DNA of 64,000 nt from NCBI GenBank assembly GCA_000934665.2, contig KZ537964.1, positions 124,001-188,000 on the forward strand, in the 5' to 3' direction. The position numbers and the translations under genes were made by a program. This DNA comes from Catajapyx aquilonaris. Taxonomy: Eukaryota. Below the pieces are notes generated by a model. That model worked only from the letters and a program-made list of their open reading frames with translations, had not been told where the DNA came from and made no database searches. Every line of letters starts with the position of its first letter. Position 1 is the stretch's first letter. Below, piece by piece: positions 39,701 to 52,698 of this stretch.

Positions 39701-42156
39701 AGAAAAGTTGTTAGAAGTTGATAAGTGTTGCAGGCTCATCAAGTTTTATAATTAAAATTCATGTCATACAACCCTTTCAAAAATCCGTACTTGATGACCT
39801 CCCGATTCCCCCCTCCCCCTCCGTGTGTTGTCTACAAGAGAACAGTGATAAAAGGACCCGAAAAAAAAGGTCTTTGGTGCATAAAACAGGTTTCACTTGC
39901 AAAACAGGTTTTTGGTTCATCACACACCTCACTATCTGATCCGCAAAGGGATACAGGATCTACATGTCTGTGTGTTAAAAAATTATTCTCGCAGGCCTTC
40001 ATTAACGTAGCCTCAGGTATGAGCAGTGGAAACTAAAAATGTGCCAGTTGAAGAGATTAGCATTTCCTTCCCACTTCCCCTTTTCCGACCTGAGCATTAC
40101 TTTCACCAACTTTCCCCCTGCAAACCAAATGGGATTCCCTTAGTGCATTACCCCAGAGCAAAAGTTTGTCTGCTTTTTTATGCCCCTGCCCTCATCCACA
40201 TCCACGGCAAGAAATCAGAAAAGTTGTAACGACTGGCCCCTCTTCAACAGCTTATTTTTGATCACAATCCAGGCTCTAGGGCACTCGTATAATTATGATA
40301 TTAGAAAACCCACAAATCAAGGCTGATTCCTCCAACGGAAGCTGACGTGTACATGTAATTAGTGATATAATCAGAAGCTCCAGTACCCCCTGCAGCACGT
40401 ACGAACAGCAAAATTTACAAAAGCATATGCATTAATTGCTCATCCATTTCTATACTTGTAAATATTGTAAATATACATTCACTGGACTCAAATCTACAAT
40501 ATTGGTATAAGGTTTAGTTTATCAAATACAGAATCTAACACTGTCAGTTACTTCCAGATTTTACAAAATTCTCCAATGGCATTTTGAAATAAGGCAGGGT
40601 GTGCTGGTAAATGAGCTTTGAGTAATGAGCAGGTGAAAAAAAAACACTGCAATTCCTTCACTGAAGGTATACGTAGAGTTCCACATTCCCTTTCCCTGGC
40701 CAGTTAGTGCCCATTTCCAAGTGCTCGAATGCTCCTGTAAATCTCTTAACAACTTTTGCGATAAAATGCGACCTTCCCCCGCACTCTCTGAGCAAGGTTT
40801 AATTATTACTAAAAAAGAACTAGAATGCACACTTCACTTCCAACCTAAGATCCGCTTGCCCTGCAAGCATTTGTAGTGTATAAAATTAAAATATTTTTGA
40901 ATTTTCAAGGGAATGAGAAAATCACAACAATTACCCCACCTTACAGTGGCAGGCACTCCTGGTTGACCTCATTTTATACTCGGGCATTCTGCTATTTGCA
41001 TAGTATTATTATCATTATTACGCACTCTCTGGATGTACCGCATAGATGTAAAGAAAACAAGCACAACCTTTATGGCATTGCCAGTGCATTACATTGTATA
41101 AGTGAACTCAATACATTGCATGCAGGGCCATGACAAATTAATCAAATGTGCACCTTGAGCTTGACAGCCAAGGTTTACACCACAGCTTGCATAAAAACAT
41201 GCTACTGATGGTGAGTAGCTAAACATGAGAACAATTTGTTCCCGTTAGTGGAAAAAAAGTCATGTACTTACAAATTTTATCACCCACTAAAAATTGTTTG
41301 AAAAATAGGTCCAATAATGAACTAGCAAAATTTCAGTCACATAAACGTGTACAAGAAACAGCTTTGAGAAGTAGACTCTTGAGGTAATCCTTAAATGATT
41401 TCTTAAATGTTTATATTGTAGCAATCATGTCTGATATAGCTCTCGTTTAATTCAGCCATCTATTCTTTCATGGTCTTCTGTCTTAATACTAACACACTGA
41501 TTGGCATGTACTGCAAAGCTACTGATTCTTGATTCAACATTCAACAAAGTTTCAGCTGCAGCTGCTCCACTTCCAGTGAATTCATCACGCCATTTCCCTC
41601 CCACATTTAGAAGAGTCCCTACCCCCTCGCCATACCCTCATTGTCAGTAGTGTGGAGGGGAAGCATCATTCATTAAGAGGATCACGCACGCAACTGACCT
41701 GCAGCTTTGAGGAGAGCCTCTAGCCTGGCCTGGGTTACAGGGTCCACTGGATGGAGGTCGGAACTGTCACAGTCCTCTGAGGCTAGGAGGAAGCGGGAGG
41801 TCTCCAAGCAGGTCTCCTCATCCATGTCTGCAGAATCATGGACAAATGACTCCGCCTGGAATGAACAAAGCAGACAAGTCAACCAAGGCACCACCTGGCA
41901 TGTTTCAACAGTACCACGTCATGATTGTGAGAACTGAATTACAAAAGCCAGTATCATCTCATTGTGTGACTTCTAACAGATTCCCTCACTTCTTCAATAG
42001 AATATGAGTGCTGAATTAATCACAGAAAGTTAAGGTATATTGTCAAACATGGCAATCCTGATACACTTTCTATAGTTAACTGACATTAGCACATTACATT
42101 TCAGATCTAGAATCTGTAAAAATCCATATTGTGCTACATCACACACACAAATCACC

Positions 42157-42202
<46 letters not shown>

Positions 42203-45200
42203 TATTTATAATATATAATAACAACAACAACAACAACAACAACAAATGATAATGTATACTCCGTGATGGACCTCTTAGGTGATCATCTTTTCAAGTAACC
42301 GACTGTAATCATTTGCCTGTACTCTGATGGGTTTTGATAGTGGGAGGAAACAAGAGAGCCCCAAGAAAACCCTCACGAACACCCATCGAAACTCCATCCA
42401 CATAAGTATCATCTGTTCGATTTGGGGATCAAACTCGGGACCTCCGAGGTGTAAGGTGCGGCGCTAGCCACTGCACCACCGTGCTACCACTGAAATAACT
42501 TATACAGGGTGTTCCTCTCAGAGCCATAATAAAAGAAAAATTCATAACTTACAAAGTACTAGTTGTATTGACAGAAGGTGTGTGCCAGTTTAAAGAACAG
42601 AGGATTTTTTTTTTTACATATCTCATATACTCAATATACTTATGCACTTCATTAATACAAACATGATTCTCCAACATGCAATGATTGGTGTGGGGTCATG
42701 AAGGGCAAAATCCCGGGTTCCTTTTTGCTCTCTCAGAGACCATGGTAAGTGGACTAACATGCCTGGGCATGTTACGGATATTCCCTGTGCTTCAGCTTTC
42801 TCAAGGAACAGTTTTTAAACAAGATGGGGCTCCCCCTAACTTTGCCAATCATGTCTGCACATTCATGGATGGTGATTGCATGATGGTTTTACAGATGATC
42901 AACGTTCATTGCATGGCCCCCAAATGACCAGACCTAACTCCACCTGACTTTTTCCTGTTGAGGTTTGTCAAACACAGGTGTAGGCTACATAGGTGGGTTA
43001 TTTGGAAGACTTGCGCGACAGAATTTGTGCTGCAATTAAAAACATGACCGCTCAAAATGCTTCTCAACACATGGTTGGACCTTTGCTGTGTTACCACCGG
43101 AGTATTAGACAGATTAGTGTATTAGACACGTAATAAAAAATTCAGATCTGCTCTTTACACTGGCACGCACATTCCGTCATTACAACAAGTACTTTGTAAG
43201 TTATGAATTTTTCTTTTATTATAGCTCTAAGCAGAACACCCTGTATATTGACATACATGGGTCCTCATCTGTCTGTCACAGGCTGAAGCAACACTCTAAC
43301 ATCATCTTGATCTTGAATGCCTCCCGTGTCAGCATCTTCCCTTTCAGGCTGAGCAAAACGTGTCAATGAACCCAACTACCACCCATTTCATAGCTCCTAC
43401 ATAGTATTTAAGGTCTCTTGCTTGCATATTTCAGTAAATCCCAGTCGCCACCTTTAATTTGTAAAAAATCCATCTATGAAACATATTCACTGGAACTGTG
43501 CAAGATATTCATGCCATGATCCCTACACTGGGTGCCTACCAACAGTAGGATTAACACTGTCTCGTTACAGTACTGCTTAGACCAGTGGTTTCCAACCTTT
43601 TACCAACTCCGCCCCCCTAAACATGGTTCCATAAATGTGCGACCCCCCCCCCCCCCTCCTCCTCCCCTCCCCCGGCCCTTTCTATAACTGCCCCCTTTCC
43701 GGGAAACACACTCTATACAGTCACAAAAATGGTTAAATTGGCACAGAAATTGCAAAAAATAAGTAAAGTTTAACCAATGCCCAGGACCTCCTGATTAGCA
43801 GTCGGACGCCTTATCCACTATGCCTACCTGCTCTGCTCCTACTATGCAACAATGCACAAGTCATAAATTAGCTATAATAATAATAATAATGAAACTATAA
43901 TAATATTGTTCAACAGGATCAAACACATATGATGAATTTACCCCTTTTTGTTCAGCAAAACCACATGCATCCAGGATTTCCCTATATGACAGTACTGATA
44001 AATGATACAAGGAAGGAACAACTTCCTTCAACATATCTTAAATAGTACAGATCACCACAAGGTTACAATAATGAAATTCACGTTAATAAAATCTAATGTA
44101 AACATAATTATTAGATGCCTTTATGCAAAAATTCTGGACAACTGTGGAACCTGCAGCAATTATACAATCACAAATACAGTGCACCAACAGGTGAGAACCC
44201 GATCAATTTAACTGCAGAAGTCGCCCTGAGAATATTGGCAACAATGATCGGATACGCTGAATAAGTAGTACTCTTGCAGCAAAGTTAAAGACTCTCTTCT
44301 GCACTCTTCTGCAACTCTGAAGTAAACTCGGTGTTGTTATTACTTTGTAATAGTGCACCAGATCAGATGAGTCATGCTAATTCCCTGCAGCCTATCATAT
44401 ATTAAATTTTACTGATAATAATAAATTATGGATCGAGAGTATAAAATATCTCTAATGTCCCAACATTTCCTAAGAAAACTGACCAATGCAAACTTGCTTG
44501 GAAATATATCTATTTTGAATCATTGTTTACATCACGATGCAAAAAAAAAAAACACTCGGAGGACACAAGACTGTGCAATGTCCAGGGTCCAACTTATCAT
44601 GTGCCTTGAACAAAATAGGAAAAAAAATTCCCTTCAACTAAACTGTTCAGTAGAACACGATCTCACACGCAGCTAGATGAGTAACCGCACTTTCAAGCTT
44701 CACCCCCGTATAATGACAATATTCAGATAAGAGTGTGAAAGGGGTCTATACATATTTGCCGTGCTATAAGTTTCTGCAAATGCACAACCTAATCTTTGCA
44801 CTCCTGATTATTAAGTGGACCAGGCCTCTACCTTACTCCCGACGCCTGATGCATCAGAACTAGGCCTAACTGATTACTACAATTTTAATGCGACTCTCCT
44901 AAATCTCCAAGTAAATCTACCACAAATCCAAACAGCAGAAAAGCAATATCTTGCAATACACCAAAAGACTCGTCAAATCTTAAGACACTATCATCATTAA
45001 GCCGTCAATGCTAATGCTAATGTCTAATAATACACCTCACAGTTTTACTGCAATGTTACATACTTTCAAACCAGTTACTTAAAATCCAACTTGAACAAAG
45101 GCAAGCCCTTCACATGGGTAAAAGGAATCTCTTTGTATCACAGATGGCACTGAAGTGCTAGTGCATACTTTTCCCAAGCGATTGCAAAAAACAATGAATG

Positions 45201-48200
45201 AGGCTCATGTTTCTCAACTTGACCTTCAATCGCATTGTAATGCCTAAATGTTAAGAACTGTGCATGTTTTACCAAATTTAAAGTACATTATAATTCTGCC
45301 TAGGCTCATACAGATTGTGCACCATCCAAGTCCACAGTATTGTTTACCCCAGCAACCAGTGTAAGGAGAAGCAAAAATCGGGACGAGTGAAGGTGGCCCC
45401 GAGTGTTGCTTCCAATTTTTTTTTTTCCACAACTGGTTACTCAATCAGCAATCCGTAACATCTTCCCTTTAACTAAGAACTTCAGAAAATTCTCAATCTG
45501 TAAATATTTTTCACCTGACAATTGGTCCACTTGTACCAGATCAATCATTAACCACTGCAATAATAATTGTAACTTCCTACGACATCAGCCTGTGACACAT
45601 GATTAAATATTATTGGCAACACTTTGACATCTGTATGGTCAATATATGTCCCATATGAGCTTATGTCCTTCATTTCCTTATTGAAAAAATTCTTATAACT
45701 GAATTTCAGGACTGGTTCACCATTAGCACTGGAATTCTCCAGCACAAAGTCAACAACAACATCAGATATTGTGTCCATCATCCCACATGCAACCCAGAGC
45801 AGCTGGATTCCAGAGATGCACTCCACCAACAATGGTGCAGTTTCCCACGATATACCAGTGAACAATGTCATTTTCTGTCTTCTGCAGCAATATGCTTGCA
45901 ACCCTTCTCAGTACGTCCCTGTCTTTACGTAATAAACAAATTGGTATTTCCATTTTATCCACCATTGATGTGCGACTTAACTTTGTTTAAAGCTCACAAA
46001 AACACAAATCGATGCTCAATTGACAATCCCCCTCAAAAAACTGGCATACATATTCGCAATACGCTAAATTAACATACTTCAGCTCAACGGCCAGACTGAA
46101 AGGATCTGTAACATCTAATGGCCCTCTATTTGCAACTTCATACATCAAAAGCCGCAAGTCAATGTTATTTCATTTCTGATCACCATTTTGAATGAAAAAT
46201 GTAAGCTTATCATAATGTAGCACTGTTTCTGGAGGTGGCATAGCAAGGCATGTTATCACAGACCATGAATACTGAAAATCTTCATTGTTTGGAAGCAATC
46301 ATGAATGTCCCAAGAGTCAACTACAAAAGGCATGTAAATGTTATCGTCAGTTGACAGAAACTCGAGACAATTAATAATTGTCCAGCTACAGTGATGCGGT
46401 CAGAAGGTCCAGTGTACCATCTTCTTTTGTCTATACAGTTGCCTTTTGGTCATAGTCTACTGCTGACAAGGACCAACCAACATTCAGATATACAGGCTAT
46501 GAACACATTTTAAAACGCAAAATCTTGATTAACCTTATTTCACAAACTGAAAAGGTACTTCACTGCAAGATGCCCTATAATACATTTTCACATGAATATT
46601 TTGTGGAAAATCTGAACAACTTGTGCACTGATTTTGGTGGGTAGACCATTTAACGCATTACCTCTGAACAAAAACAACATCTATTGCTATAAATTCAAAT
46701 AAAACTGATATAAGGCAGGTGTATTCAACTTTGTAAACCTGAATTCTCCCTCAATATCAGTAATTGATACAACTGACACTACCCTGGAATATCTAATGAT
46801 GTTGTATTGACAAAATTAACTTTCTCCTTCTTTGTGCATCATTGATGGCAGGACCATGTAGTGCAAAATTCACTTATTATTTCACAACGTAAGATATGCT
46901 TGCAATCCTAAGGTGAACATTTTGCATCCACTTATTGCGAGCCATGATGGCTCCCTGACTGCAGCATGCGAGTACATGAGCTGGAGGATATGAAGATTGC
47001 TACAATACGAGTACATTACACTGATTACAGGGTCATGGCTTAGCCATTTAATGGGGTGAACATACATGATGGCTGCTTGCACTAATGGTTCCTCAGATCA
47101 TGTGGACCAATTGTATTCCCAAGTTTTCACATTTACTCTTAATATTCCCTTGCAGGGCTATCAATTTCCACTGTGTCACAAGGTGCGACTCTGGCCAGAT
47201 TTGTCTTCTAATGAGGATGTAAGTCGAAATGATTTCTGACTCACACTGTCTTTCTGACAGGGTGTTCCCAATGTCCTTAGAACAGCCCACAGCGACCATA
47301 AATCATGTTACTGGCAAGCCCTGTCAGCCTTGCTGACAGCAAAATGCCAGTATCAATGGCAAATCATATTTATCTGCCAGTGCCATTCATTCCTGACTCA
47401 TGGAATAGATAGCAGAATAAGCATTTCTGCTTGAAAAGTCAGCCAACCTGTTTAGCATCTTAATGTTCCCTGTCCTTAACTGCCTTTTCCACCTAATATC
47501 CTGATTTAAAATATCAGACACTTTCTTCCTTAGGCATCATGTCACTGCAGCCTGAGCCTTTCCTTTTGTTTCTCCTGCATGGCCAAGTAATCCTAGCAAG
47601 TGTGTATCCGAAAATGGTCAAGTAGTATGAAAGTTGCCTGAATTATTCTTGGCATTGTGCCAATGTTTTCAGCAGTAATTACTGCAGTCTGCAGGTGCAG
47701 ATACATACATCAGGGGCCATCGTCATGATATAGGTACAGCGTCACACGACATCTGGTTTTGAGTTGAGTGGGTGTCATCATGACCGCCTGTTTCTTAGTG
47801 TCAGTTCAACCATGTCAGACGCAATAGGAAACTCAGAATCTTATCTGCACCAGTGTCAGTTCGACAATCTGATGCATTTCTCTCTCTCCCCCTCTCCCCC
47901 ACCCTCCAATCAAATAGGCTCAAATAGTAGCAAGCAAGAAGATTCTTTAAGCATCGAATCTGGAGAAACGGGTGTTTAGTGAAAATCTCTGATTCTTGTC
48001 CTATTAGTGAACCCGTGGCCAAAATTGGGCAAAGCCTGTAATCAGTATGAGAGTGACAATCAAACAACTTTAATGAGACGGCCCACTGATTTACCATATG
48101 GTACTACTCTTCATGCATAGATGGTGCATGCTTCCCCTGCACATTACTGCCACCCTCTGGTCGTCTGAGATACCGTTACTATCAGGTCATACAAACATCC

Positions 48201-49605
48201 GATGGAGAGAATAAGCCTATTAGAAGAGAGAGTCTCAAATCAGCTATCAGGTGACTTTTCATCCATTCTCATTACTCCTTGCATCAGCATCCATCGTCAT
48301 TGGGCGGGCTTTGATGAAAATCACGAATTCCTAGACACAACCAGTTGCATGAACAAATAAAAGGTTTCCTGCCTATGGATATGAGGAAAAACCATTAGGC
48401 AAAGGTCCCTTCTCTCCCATTTCAGCTCTGCATAGAAGATATTGATATCTATTAAAGTATGGCGGTGAGATTCATGGTAAATCCAAAAAAGTGGTTAATT
48501 ATGTGTCATTCTGTATTAATTAATGAATAAAAATGAACAACTTGTTCTCCATTAACAATTAATCATGTATTGTGCACACTGTAAATGACACAGCGCCACA
48601 CACCGAGACGGATTTATCCCCTGACCGCCCTTAGGCAGTTCAGATCCCCCCTCCTCCCCAATATGCCCCTTAAAAATGCAAGTTTTCTCTTGTGTTCCCT
48701 CCTTTATTTTAATTTATTGTATTTTATCCTAAAATTTTCATATCCCAGGTTGCGGCTGCCCCTAGGCAATTGCCTTTTCTGACTAATGGTAAATCCAGCG
48801 CTGGCCACAAAGCATTCAAAGACCATCATGGAGAAACAACTTTTTAATATTCCTGTGATGCTTTTCTGTTGCTAAAAAGCATTTCAAAAAAACATTACAA
48901 GGGCATTAAAGATTGATGTTCCACGAGACTCAGTAGTGATGCTCTTTTAATGTTTTGCGGTTTACAGTGTACTACTAACCCCAAAAGTAATGTCGCACTG
49001 TGATGGCACCTGCGACTTGTTGTTTAGCATGGGCGTTGCCGAGTTACGGATGTTAATTTGGCAACATTCCGGTATCCCCAACCCACGCTAAACAACAAGT
49101 CGTGGACGCTATCACATAAGTGCGACATCACTTTTGGGGTTAATAGTACACAATTCTGCCCTGGTCAGAAAAGGCTGTACAATCCGCCTCCATTAGACAG
49201 CTCCAGTTGTCTAAGAGACAGGAACATATGACCTTACCGCATACTTCAGATATGGATTTTCCCCTGTTCACAACAGAATCGTGGGAGTCAACTAATGAGC
49301 CTCCACCCCAGCGCATCGTTGTTCTAAACTACTCGGTATGAAAAGAAACGGCCAATGTGCATCAGCCAGAAAGCGACTCTCACCTCCGAGACATCCTCGT
49401 CGTCGCTCTCAGACGAATCGGAGAGGAACCTGGCCTGCAGCTCCGAGAAGGTCTCGGTGTCTGACTTGGTTGGACTGGAGACCTGCGATGAGGAGGTCCC
49501 AGCGGTGGCTCCTTCCGGCTGCTGCTGTTGCGCCGCAGCCGCAGTCACTGCCTTTCCCCTTCCCCTGCTGCCAGGGGTGCTCATCTCCTGGCCCGCATTC
49601 TGCAT
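24549..49605 (-). CDS. mask: Multiple ankyrin repeats single KH domain protein (mask; ANKHD1/ANKRD17 ortholog), ~22 coding exons, roughly 3100-3200 aa
   Basis: Start MQNAG at 49605. Conserved N-terminal exons: QARLEALLKAAG (~41699-41856), GIGKLSTADGKSFTDPEVLRRLTSSVSCALDEAAAAL (~39016-39170), RSLAEACSDGD (~38146-38292). First ankyrin block ~34917-36936. Second block ~29670-31480 (SNHDTALTLACAGGH..). KH domain (VVSRVIGRGGSNINAIREATGAHIEV, ~27850-28030). Low-complexity C-terminus. Last exon 24549-24578 (MWTKQMWSS*). The splice phases I traced are consistent. Confidence 0.92.
24881..25007. mobile_element. PIF/Harbinger-type MITE (family with 4 copies in mask introns)
   Basis: GCGTTTACATGTGAGC...GCTCACATGTAATCACGGCC. 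Relatives at ~28588-28660, ~29480-29610 and 33403-33532. Confidence 0.7.
28388..28514. mobile_element. PIF/Harbinger-type MITE, near-perfect hairpin
   Basis: CCTGGTTGCACCAACAAAATTACCGGTCCGATAGCTCCTAA is inverted at the right end. TAA flanks at 28385-28387 and 28515-28517. Confidence 0.85.
31495..33785 (-). repeat. Coding CAG/CAA polyglutamine tracts in mask
   Basis: Tracts at ~31495-31565, ~31805-31930 and ~33679-33780, read as Q on the minus strand. Confidence 0.9.
33403..33532. mobile_element. PIF/Harbinger-type MITE
   Basis: TAA-GGCCACGGTTACGTGTGA...TCACATGTAAACGCGGCC-TAA. Confidence 0.8.
42160..42488 (-). mobile_element. tRNA-derived SINE of a second family, with a (TTG)n/(TTA)n tail
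   Basis: Minus-strand GGTAGCACGGTGGTGCAGTGGCTAGCGCCG..GAGTTTGATCCC head, GGGTTTTCTT..GTTTCCTCCCAC core, microsatellite tail at ~42160-42243. A decayed relative lies at ~16485-16620. Confidence 0.75.
42505..43243 (+). mobile_element. Deleted Tc1/mariner transposon with ~100 bp TIRs
   Basis: TA-CAGGGTGTTC...GAACACCCTG-TA. Transposase remnants FKQDGAPPNFA and WPP..PDLTPPDFFL with stops and frameshifts. Confidence 0.88.
47250..47700 (-). mobile_element. Highly decayed non-LTR (RTE-like) reverse transcriptase fragment
   Basis: Minus-strand fragments DCSNY, KYDLPLILAF and LWAVLRTLG occur in the order expected for RTE-clade RT. Many indels. Confidence 0.4.
48600..49148. mobile_element. Cluster of three adjacent MITEs (hAT-like, CACTG-type half copy, CACTA-like)
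   Basis: GGATTTA..TAAATCC hAT-like unit at ~48605-48803. TTTAATGTTTTGCGGTTTACAGTG end at ~48968 is shared with 50760-50945. TACTA..ACCCCAAAAG / CTTTTGGGGTTAATAGTA unit at 48969-49148. Confidence 0.65.
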
Positions 49606-49640
49606 CTTGTCCCCTCAGCACTTGCTTGTCTACTGGCAGT

Positions 49641-50060
49641 CTGGAAGTAAGTTAGCACCCACTTTTTTCTCTCTCTCTGCTCTGGTCGGAATCGCTTTTC
49701 CCCCCCTTGTTCTATCACTTCAACCCAGCCCTAGAGTGGAACTAATCCAGGGGCGGGCATGCACACACACACTTCTTTTTTTCACTCACTCACACACACT
49801 GGCAGTCCAGAGGGGGGGCCGCGGGCTTAGCCAGGGTCGCGGTGGCAGTGCTTACAAGTAATGGTTGTTACTTTATGTGTGTATAAAAAAAAGGTCTAAG
49901 CCCCGCAATTAGTGTCCGCCATGTTTGCATGACGGAAACCCCCCCCTCCTCACCCCCCTCCAAGTTACCCGGATGAGAATTACCCTCCCCTCCCACCCCG
50001 ACCGCCTTCCCCCTCTACTACCGTGTAGTAAAATCGGGCCGGAATCAACACAGCAGCTGG
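49641..50060 (-). promoter_or_regulatory. Proximal mask promoter, short non-coding first exon and 5'UTR intron
   Basis: Branch point GCTAAC plus acceptor TTACTTCCAG ending at 49641, 35 nt before the ATG. Donor GTAAGC at 49855. AACATGGCGG (YY1-like) at 49916-49925. GC-rich upstream. Confidence 0.55.
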
Positions 50061-50318
50061 CGGTCGCAGAAGGCAGCTAGTAGCAGTCAGCTGGATTACG
50101 ACAAAATAGCGGGCTGGAACATTCGGTAGGGCAGGGCATCAAGATTATGACCTCCCTAGGTCATAGGTCATCCCCCTGTCCAAATGGCACATCGCGATAT
50201 CGGATGATACGGTATAAAATCGGCTAATGGGGCAAGAACATCATGAAAGGAGGCATTATTAACTATCTATTAATTAATATTTGTGACTAACAGGAGCGCC
50301 AATAGCATCTGTAAGAAG

Positions 50319-50469
50319 TACTATAACACGCAAAAAGATTGTCGCACTGTATCCTTGTGGTGTCCGCGACTTGTTGTTTATCCTACAATGCAGTGACGTA
50401 GCCAGGGGGGCGCCCCCCTTCCCCCCGAGCTCTTGTGGATTATTGTTGTTGTTGTTATTATTATTATTA

Positions 50470-50501
<32 letters not shown>

Positions 50502-51010
50502 CATCATCATCAAAAAAATCATGTTTTCAAATTAGTAATTCAGGATTTTTGGGGGAAAAAGTGCTACCAATTTCAACAAATGTCCCACATTCACCTAAGC
50601 TCGTGTGACCTTCAACCAAAAAAATGTTTCCTCCTCCCCACCCTTTTCGGTTTATGCCCCCCCCCCCTCCCCGAACTGGAATCCTGGCTACGCCACTGCT
50701 ACATTGCAAGATTGATATCCTAAGATATCGCAACCACAAAACATTTCCTACATATCCTACACTGTAAACCGCAAAACATTAAAAGAACATCACCAGTGAG
50801 TCTCTCATGCAACATCAATTTATAATGCTCTTTAATGCTCCTGTGATGCTTTTTTTGTTGCTAAAAGCATTACAAGAGCATTAAAATTAATGTTCCATGA
50901 GAGACTCACCAGCGATGCTCTTTTAATGTTTTGCGGTTTACAGTGTAGGATAAACAAGTCGCGGACACCACATGGATACAGTTCGACAATCTTTTTTGCG
51001 TGTTATAGTG
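50319..51010. mobile_element. CACTA-like MITE carrying two nested MITEs
   Basis: Outer TIR ACTATAACACGCAAAAAGATTGTCG / CGACAATCTTTTTTGCGTGTTATAGTG. Nested hAT at 50391-50698 (CAGTGACGTAGCCAGG / CCTGGCTACGCCACTG, TSD CTACAATG/CTACATTG). Nested CACTGTAAACCGCAAAACATTAAAAGA element at ~50760-50945. Confidence 0.82.
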
Positions 51011-51380
51011 CACTATTTGTACTTTTATTCTTTCCTTCGCGTACCGGTAACATTTCTGATTTTATTCTGAGTTTCCTGGGTGCTACGTAATTACCTGCAT
51101 TCCGCTGAATTTATTTTAAAACAATGAAAAAGTGGGCTGGCAAATAAACTCATAATCACATCTCTACCCTCTTGCTTGTCTAATTGTCACCCCTTTTTTC
51201 TTTTTCTTTTCTTTCTCTTTTGCTAAGGGTACCTTGCATTTCGAAACTATGTAGACCAAACATGCAACTGTAACAGCCTTTTGACACGGCACTCCCGGGT
51301 TAGCAACAAGTATGTGTTGGAAACCCGCAGTCAATATCGGCGGAACCCTGCACGATCAAATCAATCGCCCACGCCCCCCC

Positions 51381-51547
51381 NNNNNNNNNNNNNNNNNNNN
51401 NNNNNNNNNNNNNNNNNNNNNNNNNNNNNNNNNNNNNNNNNNNNNNNNNNNNNNNNNNNNNNNNNNNNNNNNNNNNNNNNNNNNNNNNNNNNNNNNNNNN
51501 NNNNNNNNNNNNNNNNNNNNNNNNNNNNNNNNNNNNNNNNNNNNNNN
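51381..51547. other. Assembly gap flanked by poly-C
   Basis: Run of N. Confidence 0.99.
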
Positions 51548-52485
51548 CCCCCCTCTCTTTTCCACCTCCTCTTTTATTCAATGGGCGAGCAGTGGCATCT
51601 GTTGGGACGAATTTGAACTGACTGGGAAAGCGGTGCGTTCGAGACGCCGCCACAGGAACAGACCCGAATTCCTTCGCCATTGAGTCACGGACACACGTGG
51701 ATAACTGTTCTTTTGATTAAATATTCTCTGCCATTTTGTGGAATGACCTATGACCCCTTTCCGACTATCACAAAACGCGTTCCTTTGTGACTACCACATT
51801 CCAGGGAGTTGATTGTAATCAGGTGTTTCTCAATTATGCTGAGCTGATACCGGCGGGGCATTGCACCACTCTACGTGAAATTGTGCAAATATAATAATTA
51901 TGCATTGGAAATACCTGTAAATGGGCTTCTCTTAATTTGCATTCATGCATCCAGAACAAAGACTATAAGCTATTAGATGCCTGCAGTGTCAGTACAATTC
52001 GATGGAGGTCTGCATCACTACCCTAACGACAACAATAATTTCATAGGCTGCACTTGTAGCACTATCATAGTGCAACAAATTGAACAAAAAGACCCCCCAT
52101 AACAGATGGCATTCCTTCACCTGAAAATCAATTACTTTCTTAGCATTATTTCCACTACTTTGGCACAATTGGTTAAATAATTACCTATTTTCTCGTGCTG
52201 TAGGCTGTATTTATATCTACACTGCCCACGCTTACTGTCACGTAGGTAGGCTTAATTGTGCCATTGAGCTACACCAGTATTTCTTCAGGTTACTCTTTTA
52301 AAATTTATGCCAATTATGTGTATAACATATTTGAAAGCAGGCTTTGTTAATATAATGTAACATGCAGGTGCACCATTGAAAGAGGGCTGGTGAAACCAAC
52401 TGTAAGCACCAATTGCCCAACTTTTGATGACCTGCTTGGAAATACTAGTAGCCAAGTAGCAAATGTAACTGAATAATCAGCATTC

Positions 52486-52565
52486 AACGTGACTGCACTC
52501 TACAGGGTAGGTAACTGCCTAAACTAACGTGACTGCACTCTACAGGGTAGGTAACTGCCTAAACT
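52486..52565. repeat. Perfect 40-bp tandem duplication
   Basis: AACGTGACTGCACTCTACAGGGTAGGTAACTGCCTAAACT occurs twice. Confidence 0.95.
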
Positions 52566-52698
52566 GACACCTCCAACGATGGTGACGCATTATTCACTCC
52601 AATCATGCACAAATTGTCCCAATGTCAAATCCCGATGTGTATGCAGCAACAAAGTATGCATGCGTGACTGGAGTCAATACTCCATCATTTGTCCCATC

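Noticed and set aside
51281..51683. ORFs of 69-126 aa
   Set aside because: They are open only because they span the N gap.
51285..51720. RNase P, RNase MRP, 7SK or telomerase RNA
   Set aside because: Lacks the GGAAGGTCTGAG / AATTCAGACTA or GAAAGTCCCC conserved regions, the paired GATC motifs, and a template longer than one telomeric repeat plus alignment region.
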